64,000 nt of DNA from Antedon mediterranea (Eukaryota > Animalia > Echinodermata). Made by a program: the position numbers and the translations under genes. Under the pieces are notes generated by a model, which saw nothing but the letters and a program-made list of their open reading frames with translations, did no database searches and had not been told where the DNA came from. The DNA lies in assembly GCF_964355755.1 (NCBI RefSeq), contig NC_092676.1, forward strand, positions 14,650,871 to 14,714,870. The letters run 5' to 3'. This document shows positions 1 through 13,328 of the stretch, in pieces (position 1 is the first letter of the stretch; every line of letters starts with the position of its first letter).

Positions 1-91
1 AGGTGCCCCAGCTCAAATGGCGCTAGTATCAGACTTGCGGTTTAAGAGGAGATATAGGAACAAATTTTGGCTTAGCGCTATTGCAATATAG

Positions 92-844
92 ATATGAGGC
101 ATGGCATCACAAAATCGGCGTAGTGTCGAAAATAATAATTTTTTAGATTTTTATATATTCGTAATCTATATTTATAACGGCAAACCAATAACGGCAAACT
201 AGTCGAAAATATATCACTGTGTGGTACATAATATTACATTTTTTGTTATTTAAAAAAAATATATGGATAAAAATAACTTCCTAAATATTCACAAAATTTT
301 ATAAACGTTCATTCGAGAAACTACAATGGAAGCCATGCTTTTTCATTGTAAACAAAAGCGTCAGCCAATCAGAGAGCTTAATTTTTAATCCCAGTCAAGG
401 ATTCACAAATTCTTGTTACGAAATTTTATCAACCTAACACCTTAATAAAACCAATTTCCATTAAAAAAATCCCTTAGGTTGTTAAAAAATATGGTAGCTG
501 ATATATTTTCGAACAGATAGGTACCAAACACGACGTGAATCGGGTTAGCGGTTTGTTTACAAAAGCGCCGTAAAGAAAGTTGATTTTTGAGTGAACAAAT
601 ATACAATTTCCTAATAATTTTCTATGGAAACGACTTAAATAATTGTAAAATACACATACTTGTGATATTTGTTAATGAACAAGAGTTTGATATAATATAA
701 TAATAAGTGTTTATAGTATCGTTTTTTATTGAAATTTTAAAATGGATAGGTTAGGCTGTTTTTCACATTCTGAACTTCAAGGCTAAATATCTCAAAAGGT
801 CGGGTTGCGACTCTGCGCCGCTTTTGTGATACCAGGCCTCATAT
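92..844. mobile_element. Non-autonomous TIR element (MITE) in a SEC63 intron
   Basis: About 40-bp imperfect terminal inverted repeats: atatgaggcatggcatcacaaaatcggcgtagtgtcg ... cgactctgcgccgcttttgtgataccaggcctcatat. No ORF. Confidence 0.75.
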
Positions 845-1116
845 TATAAATTGAGCCAAACAAACACAAAATAACCAATACCAGGAAATACATGATAGAG
901 TTGAAAAAGTGTACTGTATATTTTCCGAGAGAGTTTACACATGTTGATTTTCTAGAGAATGGAATGTAAAAAATGTCTTTGGCACGTCACTCAGGGAGAA
1001 GTTTGTGCCTCCTCTGTGCTTTTACAGGGCTTTTCAATCTCTCAGGTCTCCCTGAATATCGAGGCGGGTGACAAAATATTATACTTCCATGTATCTAAAA
1101 CCAGAACCCAACATAC

Positions 1117-1237
1117 CCACACCGAATTACTTTGGTCAACAATCCAAGCTGGTAGTGCAATGCCAAATGTGGCAGCAGTAGGCCCATCTGGATTTCCATA
1201 CTTTTGCCAATTAACTTTTGAATCTTCATTGGTCAAC
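1117..1237 (-). CDS. SEC63: SEC63 coding exon 5; the gene continues beyond the left edge
   Basis: tttctag acceptor and gtatgt donor. Encodes (A)LTNEDSKVNWQKYGNPDGPTAATFGIALPAWIVDQSNSVW, the conserved Sec63 YGNPDGP...FGIALP motif. Phase matches exon 4. Confidence 0.95.
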
Positions 1238-1907
1238 CTAGAAAGAAATTTAGAAACATAACAATTTGTAAATTTATAATTTATAAAATATATATAATAA
1301 TCTATAAAAATTACATAAACATATATTAATGTCATGGATCGGAAAGCTTTTATTATATTATTGGTGGTGCAATATATCGCATTGCATTGCTATTGTTCAC
1401 TACTGGTATTTGCATAAGAAGGTGAAGCATTATATGGAATAGGCTGTGTTAGCATTTTTAGTTGTTGTCTAAGTAAGAAATGTTATATCATAGACATGTT
1501 ATATATCGTATTTCGATAAGTTTTGGATTTTTCGCCAATACTGTGAGTAGAAAAGTATACTTTCTAGGTTTTAATAATAATGTATTAATACTAATGATGA
1601 ATTTAAGGCCTACTTAGTTAACCCTTTAGCACCTAAAGCGCCCACAACCGCTCTGGCTTTTAAACACAATGTAGCTCTCTGTGAAGCCTAGCAACAAAAG
1701 AGAAACAGTGACGTAAAGCTTGGAAAATCCCCTTTTAGAATATGACATCATCTTTTGTGGCTTCTGTTTGACTATTAGCGACGTAATTTCCATTTAAAGT
1801 TCACAGGTTGGATCTAATATTTATGAAAACACATACTATACTCAGTAATGTTAAAGAAGTTTCGTTTGTCTGTAAAATGATGTAATCAACCTGTTTACAG
1901 GAGTAAT

Positions 1908-2016
1908 TAACAAGGCCATTTACATGGCTGCAGTCGCGTTTTTAAGTTAGTGTTTACAGACCAACCACCGACCGACCAACATCTAGCGAGCTGTAGAGTC
2001 ATGTTGCACTCGGGTA
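1908..2016. mobile_element. Short degenerate HINE-like element
   Basis: aacaaggcc...agtcgcgt head, ccgaccgacc microsatellite and agagtc...gcac tail resemble the ends of the element at 45080-46867. Confidence 0.45.
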
Positions 2017-2967
2017 AGCCTGAACGTTCCATAGAAGGCGCTATATTAAATACGAAATCTCATGGTAACAATTCCAAGCCACATAGACTCACTCATGATT
2101 AAGCTGTGTCGTTGAACCAGCGAAAGCTAGAGTAAAAACGTTTTACGGTTTTATTCCCTTTGGATCATCCAAAAAAAAATAATAATATAATAATGATAAT
2201 TAAATAATTAATTTTATATAAGCTTTAAACAAACACAATTTTTCTTTTTCTTTTTTTGTATATTATTTTTATATGGTTTTTGTTATTGCTCAATATTGTT
2301 TTATATTTTTAGTGTACATACAATGCTTTTAGCTTTTGTATTATATTTTGATACCGTAATAAATAAATTACTGTAAAGCCCAAAATGTTCGCGACTTTCG
2401 CGATTGAACAATGTTAGCGAAAATAAAGGGCATGCAAAAATTCCAACGATGTTGTTTACAGTCGATCAGGCCTACCTTAGGCTTAGTTAGCCAGACCTAG
2501 CCTAAATATGGAAAAAATGAATATAAAATATAATTAAACTTCTACTTGTGTATTCTTTGAAACATATCAAACTCTGGTTATTATTTATATTGTTAGTTCA
2601 GGTGTAATTAAAACATAAAATATATTGCAACAACCGAAAATGCTAGCTAGGCCCTACTGTACTGCGCTGCCTTGCTCAAAACAATGATGAAATTGCTCCT
2701 CACATCAATAGACACACGTGGCGCCGTGGGAGGATTGATTGCTAAATTAATGTTTGAATTGGAATAAAAAAGCTTACGACATTTCTCAGGTAATTTTTAT
2801 GAAATGTATATTGCTTTCATTACCAAAAAAATCTGCATCCAATATTATTATTATTACATTTGAACCAAGGTTTATTACATTTTTAGATTTAACACTTATA
2901 CGAAAAAAAGCACAGCTAGGTACTATATCTGCCAGTAATCAACCTGCATTAAACATACTGTAATACA

Positions 2968-3580
2968 AATTCATGTCATGTATAGTAAGATTCTTTATGG
3001 ACAATAACCACCATGACCAATTCATGTCATGTATAGTAAGATTCTTTATGGACAATAACCACCATGACCAATTCATGTCATGTATAGTAAGATTCTTTAT
3101 GGACAATAACCACCATGACCAATTCATGTCATGTATAGTAAGATTCTTTATGGACAATAACCACCATGACCAATTCATGTCATGTATAGTAAGATTCTTT
3201 ATGGACAATAACCACCATGACCAATTCATGTCATGTATAGTAAGATTCTTTATGGACAATAACCACCATGACCAATTCATGTCATGTATAGTAAGATTCT
3301 TTATGGACAATAACCACCATGACCAATTCATGTCATGTATAGTAAGATTCTTTATGGACAATAACCACCATGACCAATTCATGTCATGTATAGTAAGATT
3401 CTTTATGGACAATAACCACCATGACCAATTCATGTCATGTATAGTAAGATTCTTTATGGACAATAACCACCATGACCAATTCATGTCATGTATAGTAAGA
3501 TTCTTTATGGACAATAACCACCATGACCAATTCATGTCATGTATAGTAAGATTCTTTATGGACAATAACCACCATGACCA
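2968..3580. repeat. Perfect 51-bp tandem minisatellite, 12 copies
   Basis: Unit aattcatgtcatgtatagtaagattctttatggacaataaccaccatgacc repeated head-to-tail with no spacers and no visible mismatches. Confidence 0.97.
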
Positions 3581-4071
3581 TTCAAAACTGTACCATTGTT
3601 AGAGCGGTAGGTGTTGGCTTTTTTTTTTAATCAATCTTTAAAATAGGAGATTACATTCCTATGCTCACTTCCTATGTTGATAGGCAAATAACGCAATATC
3701 TTTACTTCGCAATTGCTTGGACTGGGAACAGCAGCGATGTCGTCGTGGTACAGAAAACTTTATTCAGGGCTAGGCCTCAGTCTTAGCAGACGAATGCTTA
3801 AGTTTTTAAGGAAAAATTATTTTCGCCAGTTTTGTGAATGATTTTTTTTCCGCAAATTGACAACTCCAATCGCAATTTGCGAAAAACATGAATGGCTAGC
3901 GTGAGCTTAGTATTGTTACTTCCTATTATAGGTCTTGAATTAGTTGGAAATTCCAGCCTAGGCTGTTTGTAGTATAAGTTAAATATCTTTCTTATTTCCA
4001 AATTGATTAGTACAATTTATGAAATGTTACAATTTACTAATGGAAATAAACTTGAAACAAAAATGACGTAC

Positions 4072-4187
4072 GCTTCATAAGCTTTGGCAATTCTCATAAA
4101 TGTGAGTTCATCTCCACCTTCTTTATCAGGATGGTGTTGTCTACTCAGAATGCGATACTGTTTTCTTATTTCACTATCAGAAGAATC
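4072..4187 (-). CDS. SEC63: SEC63 coding exon 4 (J-domain with HPD motif)
   Basis: tttcag/gtacgt splice sites. Encodes DSSDSEIRKQYRILSRQHHPDKEGGDELTFMRIAKAYEA. Confidence 0.96.
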
Positions 4188-4650
4188 CTGAAATAACAAA
4201 AGTAATGTGAAATAAACGATACAGCCTGTTTCTCAATTCTCAGGTGCTTGGGTTTAATTGTTAGTGTTTTAATTTTTATATACGTAAATCGTCTTCTTTA
4301 ACCTCGCACCATGGGCATTTTAAAAATATAGTTTACCTACAGTACAGCTAAAAACTACTGCAACATTAACCACATTCAAGTTTCATAGCCATGCATGGTA
4401 CTTCGTGGATACTCGTAAGGCTTCGTAACCTCAATAAACAGTTTCCTAACAAGTACCACATAAACCTACTATATACGAAATGTCGGAATGTTGTTTTTGT
4501 AAAACCACTAAACAATCCTACCATGTAAGTAACACAAAATGCTTGCTCCAATACACAACCTCGGCCTACACTGGCCTACTGTAATTGCTACGGAGGTCAA
4601 TAGTTCATAATTGACCAGAAGTCAAATGGATTGTAGGTGGATTCCATTAA

Positions 4651-5695
4651 CACTTTGACTGCCAAACACGAAGATCTTCGTTTTTGGAAACACAACGCTT
4701 GACTGCCAAACACGAAGATCTTCGTTTTTCGCGTTTTTTTACAAAATCCGGTAGATAGGTTAATTATTTGTATATACGGTACTATAAATATGGACACTAT
4801 ATTCGGTCTGGACCGTGAATATTTTACTTTTTGAAAGTAACTAATCTGGTTACGAACGATTGTCAAAATGGTACCTGTCAAAATAACATACACCGCGCAT
4901 CACAGTAGCGCGTACAGCGATGGTTTGGCGCATTGTGTATCGGTCGCGCGCTAGCTATGCCGCCGAAGCATTACAAAGGTTTATGTGGATTGGCATGTTT
5001 GTTTGTTATCTGAATAAAAAATAATGGATGAATTTTCAATATGAAGTCTTTAATTTTATTATTGTATGTATACCCTAATTGTTTTGGTGTTTCACTGTAA
5101 GTGGCCGAGTTTCACGCAACAAACTTGTTTAGAAATGGTATGAATATTATCATCAGTTTACTAGCTAGGCTAGCCTAGTAGTACTAGGCTAGGCTATAGC
5201 CTAGGCCTAGTCGTGAAACGGTTCCGGACCAACTTTAGGCCAGTTACCTAGGCCTGGTGTCTTTACTATGTGGATTTTGGCGAAACATAATGTAAGATTT
5301 ATGATTTATAAAATATAATACATTTTTCGATAGTGATAACTTTTTTATAGGCCTACTGGTGCCGTGTAAGTAACTTTTTCGTTGTTTGTTGATCTCACCG
5401 GGCGATATTTTCATGATTGTGATGTCTTGCACAAATCGCGACTTTCTTGCGCGAAACTACGAAAAACTCAAAAAGTGCGTTACTTTCATTTTATTATTAC
5501 GATTTACATATTGCGATTTGAAAATCGTTCTTGGTACCATTGTAAAGCTAAACTCTTTATGATTATTTTAGTCTAAATTACATGTAAATCAGATCACATA
5601 CATAGTTTCAATCAGCTTTAATAAAAACATCGAATTGGGCTATAAACGCTGGCGGTGGCAGTTTCTAACTGGAAAAACCTCTGGCAGTCAAAGTG
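4651..5695. mobile_element. piggyBac-type non-autonomous element
   Basis: TTAA on both flanks (4647-4650 and 5696-5699). 14-bp TIR cactttgactgcca...tggcagtcaaagtg. Subterminal direct repeat ttgactgccaaacacgaagatcttcgtttt occurs twice. Confidence 0.85.
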
Positions 5696-5937
5696 TTAAT
5701 AATGAAGTTTTGTATTTAGAAATAAAATGACTTTCTAAATAACAAGTATTACTGTGTATTTTGTACTTAATACGGTAGCCTGTGTAGTTTGAACTTTGTT
5801 GAAATAAATAAAAATAAAAAAATAGAAAAAATCTAGGAAAATCTGAAAAAAAAACCCGCAAATTTCAGGGAACTTGGGACCTCTATATCAACGTACCCTG
5901 TGATGCAAAACAAATTATATGGACTAAGACTACTCAC

Positions 5938-6052
5938 CCTATCAAGGCCTAGTATTTCATATGGATCATACTCTTGATGGTCTCGCTCAAGCTGTGATGC
6001 TTTGTATGCTAGTAAAATGAAGACACACCATGCCGAAAGAAGTACAATCCAC
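5938..6052 (-). CDS. SEC63: SEC63 coding exon 3
   Basis: ttacag/gtgagt splice sites. Encodes (K)WIVLLSAWCVFILLAYKASQLERDHQEYDPYEILGLDR (TM2 and start of the J-domain). Confidence 0.95.
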
Positions 6053-6519
6053 CTGTAAGATGAAATATTTTGCTTATTAAATACAGGAAATCATGGTTAT
6101 TAATTTTTGGAAAGTTAAAGATTGTTTTAAAGATTCCTACCGGTGTTCGATATTTCAAATTTAGCTTTTAAGATTTGAGGCCATTCAAAATTGACTTTTG
6201 ACCTCAAATAATGTCTAATTCCTCAGAACTCGTAAACTATAGTATTGAGTTAAATGCATGTTTCTATTAAACGTGAATAGAAAGTAGTACTTTTATGCCA
6301 TTATTTTTGTGTTTCTAGGATGTATGGTTCTGAGGAATCGGACATTACGGCCATACAGCGTTGGAACACCGGTTCTCATCAGATCACCGAAGTTAAGAAA
6401 TGTTGGGCTTGGTTGTATTCTGGATGGGAGACCGTCTGGAATTGTGGCGGGTGCTGTATATACCGGAGTAATAATAATACTAATAAAAAAGCCAACCAAT
6501 GGTCCAGAGTGATGTGGTA

Positions 6520-6720
6520 ACCATAAGAGTTGTTTGATATAGGCTGATAAAGCAGAAGCTTGTCGCCAGATCGGAGGTTACGCTCTGGAACATAAGGCTT
6601 AATCAATTCGACAATATAGTTAGGAGCCATTCCATTTAAACACTTATAAACTAATTTTTTATAGACAATGCGGTGCAGAACAGGAAGCCAATGTAATTCT
6701 TTAACATTGGCCCCGATAGC
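6520..6720 (-). mobile_element. L2-type LINE ORF2 C-terminal fragment
   Basis: ELHWLPVLHRIVYK...YKCLNGMAPNYIVELIKPYVPERNLRS is the typical L2-clade C-terminal motif. Confidence 0.8.
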
Positions 6721-7728
6721 CAAGTGTATCGTTTGTTAATCTGTTCCATTATAGTTTATAATTGAGTTCTCGGTTTACATACCGAGATGAAGTAAATATT
6801 GTGTTAGTTTTTCCGTTAAGTACTTATTTAATGGACTATTTTGAGCATTCAAATTGTTCTTAATGAAAAAGTATACTTTGTTACGGTTTTCTACATTTTT
6901 TATACTATTTTTTATCCTTAACACCTAATTATCTTCCTTGATAAAATATATTCGATCAAGTAATTATTATTTCTATTTAGATTCAATAAACATGCCCGTT
7001 ATGTACATTTTATTGGTATTAAGCAAAAAGCGTTCAGGGCCGTGGGGTCAAATCCCGCGTACGTGTTTTTTGCTGAATGCAGGATACCTACAAAAACCAA
7101 CACGCATCTAATAGTGTCAAACAGACGTTTCCATTTATATTTTTTTATTAAATAATTCAGCGAAATCAGATATACAGTTTAATTTCAATTTTAGTTTGCA
7201 GTGCTTATATCAGTTTACATCGTATTTGGGATTGTCAACATTAGACCACCTGAGTCTGCTAATTTCCAGTTTATTGATCAGTATAGTATTGTAATTATAG
7301 AATGTTATTTTTATTATTGATAATAAATGTAAGATTTTCAGTTTTATGATATTTGTGATCATCTGGGATGTTTTGAATGGATTTAAAATATGATTTATGG
7401 GTTTAGTGTACAGCCTGGGTCAATTATTTGAATAACTTAGGTCTGATTTACCGGCATATAATATAATGGTGTTGTCAAAGGTGATGAATATTAAGTAAAT
7501 GATGATGATAATGCAACAATAATAGGTACACAGTAAATACATAGTCTGCAGTAGTTTCAATGTCAACGATTTTGTTGTTTTTTAAGCATCACAAATGGTA
7601 AGAAAAGAAAAATGTATTAATCTGAATGATTTTCCTTTATTATTTATAATATACTGTATACTATACTCTTTTATAACTTCATATAATATATACCATCTGG
7701 TTTCTATTTTTCTGAAAAATTCAGTTAA

Positions 7729-7900
7729 AGATGTATTGTCCCTTGAAACACAAAAAATGAAAAAAAAATATTCTAAATATAAATTGGCCATATCAAAGTA
7801 ATATTAAAGTTATTCACTTTAAGTCAAAAATTTGAGGCAAAAACAACAAGTTTACGTAATTAACAGGTAAATTAATTTGATTAAATTTCATTTGAAAAAT
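7729..7900. mobile_element. Left end of a Kolobok-like element related to 24786-25116
   Basis: TTAA followed by agatgtattgtcccttgaaa matches the TIR at 24786. No matching right end found. Confidence 0.45.
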
Positions 7901-9028
7901 CGTCACGAGCGAAAGTAAACAAAGATTTCAAACCACGAGTATGCATTATGCATGATGCTAATTAGGATTGTTTACAAATCGTCACGGTTGAGAAGGTGTT
8001 TTCACACAGATCGCGAGGAAGTTTTATGATTATGCATACAGAGTAGCCATACAAGCGTGTTGCATTATGAGATATGTTTTGCTCGATTGATGTGAATGAG
8101 GTGATATTAAATTTGTTAATAAAAAAGTTTAAGTATGGTGCACCACTCAAATTCAATATACAAAGTCTTCTCTGTTCAAATGCTGTCCTTCAAAAACAAA
8201 ATACAGTATATAAATCTTGGGTGCAATCCCCTACTCCCTTAAGTGCACACGAGCCAGGTTTATAAATTGGACCTCCAGTTTTAAGTTCTTCTGACCTTTT
8301 CTACCAGCAAATATTAGCTTCTTATAGGCCATAGGGTGAAGCCCAAAAACGTCTAGAAGTTTGCAGACCTGCAGTTGTAGCAATGATTATATATTAAAAG
8401 TTAGACCAATCGGCAGTTGACAAAACGCGAGCAATTTGTAAAAATAAGCGGAAGTTACCTAATTGTTCGTGAGCAAGGGGCAGTGAATCGTCGCGTTCCA
8501 TTGCCCTCTATTCTGCAACTTGGCGGTAATCCGCGTTAACACGAATCAACTCGCATTTTAAACCCACTTCAGCATGCTGATAAGCGTCAGTAGATAAATC
8601 ATCAAACTATGTACTGTTCAGTAATAGTAGAGTACTTAACATCACGGCTGTTTACCCTTTACCTGTCCTATTGTCTGTTAATGCTATAATTCAAGGTAAA
8701 AGGGAATCAAAGGAAGGAAACTTGATTTATATTTCATATCACTTCTCCCAAAAAAATAATTTAAAAAAGTAGTCTTGTAATGATTGTATGTTTATTCATA
8801 TGTATATTATAATGTTATTTAAAATTTATAATCGATAAGAAAAAGTTATGTTGCACCAAATAATCCAGAAATTTTCAAAATAAATAAATATGTTTTTTTT
8901 AAAAATAAACAGAAAGGATGCAATACCTATTATCTGCTTGAACTTGTTTCTTCTGTATAAGTGTATACATTCAGATTAAATAAATGTGAATAAATGAATA
9001 CAACAATTACTAAGATACTAATTAATTG

Positions 9029-9310
9029 AGAGCGTGTGGCGCAGGGTGTTGAACGAGGTTTGAATCCAACTCTCACCGCATTGCTTGTATCCTTAGGCAA
9101 GATACTTTACTTACGTTTGCCTCCCTCCACCTAGGTGTATAAATGGGTACCTGGTTAGATCAAGACACAACTTTGTGCTGATTACTAGCTGCATTATGGG
9201 AGTATGTTTCCATACGTGTTTGATCCAAAAAATGACTGGGGTAATAATGTTAAGCGCTTAGAGCTTGCTTGTAGAGTGCTATATAAGAATGAACTATTAT
9301 TATTATTATA
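9029..9310 (+). mobile_element. tRNA-derived SINE with conserved core and LINE-like 3' tail
   Basis: A/B-box-like head (gtggcgcagg, ggtttgaatcc), CORE-like tccttaggcaagatacttt...ggtgtataaatgggtacc, and 3' aagcgcttagag...gctatataagaa followed by (tat)n. Confidence 0.75.
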
Positions 9311-11950
9311 AATAAGATGATTATTTATTGTTTACTGTACCTCTACCATAACAGTATAGTCAATTAACAATTCTATCCCTTAAACTATATTTATTAATAG
9401 CATTTTATTATTATTTACTATTAATATAATAATTTAATACAATAATAATCTAAATAGACTGTAATATGAAAGATTCATATACTCAAAGAAAATGATGGTG
9501 AATGACATCAATCATGAAGATGCCAAAAGAAAGGTGGCAGAATATCTTAGACTTTAATCCAAGACATCGTTTCAGCTTTATTGACTACTGATATACTGCA
9601 TTATCAATGGTCATACAGTACATTTATTATTTTATCTATTTCTTTATTATCAAATATGGTAATAAAATGTTATATGTCAACTACATACTCATAGTGCACT
9701 TATTTTTAAATTGATAACCATATTTTTTTAATTAATTTTTTTATTTGATACGGATCCAAACTTGCCAATTACAGGATGAATAAACTATATAACAATTTAT
9801 CGTGCTTATAAACTAAGTCTCATTTTGGGCTTAGGGAGTGGTAAGCTGAAAGATTATGAGTTACAACCCTGGCATTTGGGATTGGAAGGCAAGCGTTAAC
9901 CATTAAGCTTCAGCTCCACTACAAATAAATATATTTAAGTTTTTTATAAATGCTAATGGCAACATTAGTGTACACTCTCATATTAACATCATGGTAGAGG
10001 TGCAGCTGGTGTATACAGTACACAGGAACTTTCCAGTAATGGTTTTCTGTTGTCTTTTTTATCTTCACAGTTTATCTGTAAAATACATTAATATTTCATA
10101 TGTAGTTAAAGGTTGTACTGTAACTATATTAGGACAAATTTATATAATGTCTACATTACATACTACCATTGAAGTTAAGAATACCCAACAAGTACTTCCT
10201 AGTGAATTAAACATAAACAAATAATTAATTTACAACAGGCCTACTAATAGTATACTATACTAATGACCATTTGAATTCATAAACCTACTGTACCTGTAGG
10301 TCCATTTGGGTTTTCCTATGTAATACAAAACACAAATAAAATAGTTGTTCATACAAGCAACAATTAAATAGGTAGGTATTATTTGTAGAATTCATATTTA
10401 TTTTGATAATGTAAATGTTATCAATTATTTAACAAGGGTATTTAACTTTATATTAAATATGTATTTAAATATGTAATAAATACCGTATGAGGTCATTTTA
10501 ACTGCATTATACTAATTTTTATGTAAATTTTGACTGTGGTAGGTAATTCTGAATTAACATTTTTCTAAAAATAGAATTTAAAAAACAAAGCATAAAGTCA
10601 ATAGCATAAAAATACCGTTTGAAGTAGATAAATGGTCTACGGTAGGCTATTATTTATAATAGGGCCTATTCCAGACTAGCAGTTAAGAAGTAGTGGTTGG
10701 TAGTCCTAAATTATTTTGTTATTCTATGTACAGTTAATAATATATAGCCTAGCTTCATAAACAAATGAATAATGATATAAATAATCGTTTCAATACAATG
10801 AGAAATCATACTAATTATAGTAGTACTGCTTACATGTCAAAAGCATCATAAACATACCAGTTTTAGTTTGTTCCATAGTATCACCGATCCACCAAACATA
10901 CAGTAATGGGTAGGGTGGGTATATGCTTCAACTCCAACATTGTTGTCTTGTCTAGCTAGACCGGCCATGTGTGTGCGTGACTCGTGAGAGAGAGAGGTCA
11001 TAGACAATCTCACTGACAATAGTTTCCTTTCCTCAAAATATGTGTACACAATTACATTATGTAACCTACGGCTAACTTCTTTAAAATTTACTAAATTTTA
11101 CAATGAAAATAACATTTTATATCACCGAATTTGCTGGCAGACTAGACATATTGCTGCATGCTGCGGTGGTGGTATGTAGCCCCACGTTTTTTTTAGTCGT
11201 CTTCTCCATGTTGAACAACACGCTTATGAATTATATTCTTAAAGTTGATTATAAAATAATTTCAATATATAAAAATTAGTTACAAAAATATTATGATTTT
11301 TGCAAATAATTATATAAATATTTAAAATGGTAATTTGGGTGATATTTTTTACAAAAAAATATATTTATTGAACAAGCCAAAAAATGTCGTCGCAAACTGA
11401 ATGAAAACAATTTTCAAATTAGAGTGTTTAAACGTTATTTTCTCTCAGTTGCGTTTTGAAGGTCTAACTTTTTTTAGATTTCAATTATTATTAAAAGAAT
11501 TATGGGGTTGATTCATTGTACATCACCTTTAAATCTACAGAATGAAATGTTAGAAATTTCACCGTATGACTGATAAATATATTTTATAATAATTATAATA
11601 ATATAATCATAATTATATAAGTATAACATCACACTACTGCCTTGAAAACTAGGCAGAAGCAGGTTGCCATTTATATAATAGGTAGGCCTAGTCTAGCTAG
11701 GCCTTACCTTAAAGCCTTAGGCCTAGCCAACAAGGTGTCGATGTACAATTGTGCGGTGAGGCATTTATGTTTGGCGTATAAAACGCACCCTTAATTTAGA
11801 GGTCAAATTTGCGTGTCAAAAGTGAGACTTATAGTACACTGTAATATACGGTATACAGCAATTAAATTTGTCAGGAATTGTTCTATTTTTTGGGTGATCA
11901 ATAGCAAATGGCATGTCTTTCAATTTTAGAATATCATTAAAAAAACTTAC

Positions 11951-12053
11951 TTGAATGTAGATAATACAGATTTTTTGGGTGCAACTGCCACTAATGCTTT
12001 CTTTTTTCTATTACATTCTTCACACTGGCAAGTATATAGTTTACCTTCATTAA
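11951..12053 (-). CDS. SEC63: SEC63 coding exon 2
   Basis: tttctag/gtaagt splice sites. Encodes (I)NEGKLYTCQCEECNRKKKALVAVAPKKSVLSTF(K) with the CxCxxC motif. Phases 1 and 2 fit the neighbouring exons. Confidence 0.9.
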
Positions 12054-12301
12054 CTAGAAAAGAAACCATTTAAATAGGCAAATATCTATATAAATGCATG
12101 CTTAATTTCAAGACACATTGTTTTAACCATAGTCAATAGAAATTCCCATAAATTGACTATGTGTAAAGTATGTATCTCTCATGTATATATAAATCCAAGG
12201 CAAATGACTGTAGGTATTTGTGGCTGATCTCAATGGAGATACAAAATAAAATAAGCATAAAAGCGAAATCAAAGTAAAAGAGCCAGAAAAATTAGCATAG
12301 C

Positions 12302-12480
12302 ATACAGTATTGCCGAATCTTTATATCTCATTTACATACTTTTGAATCTTTATACAGTATTGCATTAATAATTTACGTACGGTATTGCCGAATCTTTATA
12401 TCTCATTTACATACTATCAAATTTTATACAGTGGATATTGCATTAATAATTTACGTACATTATTGCCGAATCCTTATATC
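12302..12480. repeat. Diverged tandem repeat, about 75-bp unit, about 2.5 copies
   Basis: tattgccgaatctttatatctcatttacatact...attgcattaataatttacgtac recurs. Confidence 0.7.
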
Positions 12481-13043
12481 TAAATATATTTAAAAATCTG
12501 AATGGTATAAAATGATGTAGGATATTAAATAATAAATTACTGTCATGTTATTGTAAATAAATTAAAAATTAACAAATAAAAAAAATATAAATTTGTAATA
12601 ATTGGCTTATTATATATTAGGCCTATATTAATATACAATATTTATTAAACATTTATCATTTAGAACAGATAAAATAAGTAATCATCGATTCGGCATTCGT
12701 TTAAAAGAATGTATCACAATCAATCTGTAAAAAAAGAGAATAAATCAAAGTGCACATGGCGTTCCACACAGATTACCATTATTAAACTTCAACCGTAATC
12801 CACTATAACTAGACCTCTTAGGAAAGAAAAACTGTCCAAACATACGTCCTAACTAAGTAAAGAAAACCTGTCCAAACAACGACAAACAAAAAGATATGCA
12901 CGTATGCAGATGGGCCAATACTAGCGTTATTGTATGCAAGAAAACAACGACAATCAAAGCGCACACAGCATCCCATACAAATTACTGTTAGTGAACTAAC
13001 GGCCGCTTTGGTTGGCAGCCGCTTCGACCGTAATCCGCTATAA

Positions 13044-13205
13044 CTAGCCTAGGCCTAGGTTAGGCCATAGGCATCATATTCATAGGCTAGGCCTACTACT
13101 AGTAGTAGTAGCCTAGCTAGCTAGGCCTATTACACATAGGAGGCTAGGCGGTGCTAGGCCTAGGCTAGAGGCCTAGCTAGGCTATGAGAATTACCGGCTA
13201 GGCTA
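13044..13205. repeat. TAGGCCTA/TAGCCTA/TAGGCTA/TAGCTA palindromic low-complexity cluster at the start of SEC63 intron 1
   Basis: Dense run such as ctagcctaggcctaggttaggcc...gctaggcctaggctagaggcctagctaggcta next to the exon 1 donor. Confidence 0.85.
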
Positions 13206-13210
13206 CATAC

Positions 13211-13328
13211 TTTCTTTTTTACTGTGAGGAAGTAACCAATATGTTATCGGGATCAAAAACAAAGCATAAAAAGAGACTAGAAAATATAACGATGTTCCCC
13301 CTGACTCATCATATTCAAATTGTGCCAT
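13211..13328 (-). CDS. SEC63: SEC63 coding exon 1
   Basis: ATG at 13328. Encodes MAQFEYDESGGTSLYFLVSFYALFLIPITYWLLPHSKKE, the Sec63 N-terminal FxYDExG motif plus TM1. gtatgt donor. Confidence 0.96.

Noticed and set aside
1618-1680. Possible piggyBac left end (ttaaccctttagcacc)
   Set aside because: No matching right TIR with TTAA was found.
2939-3602. CRISPR array or repeat-protein genes (208 and 209 aa ORFs on opposite strands)
   Set aside because: Units are contiguous and identical with no spacers and no cas genes. The ORFs exist because 51 is a multiple of 3 and some frames lack stops. The array is intronic.
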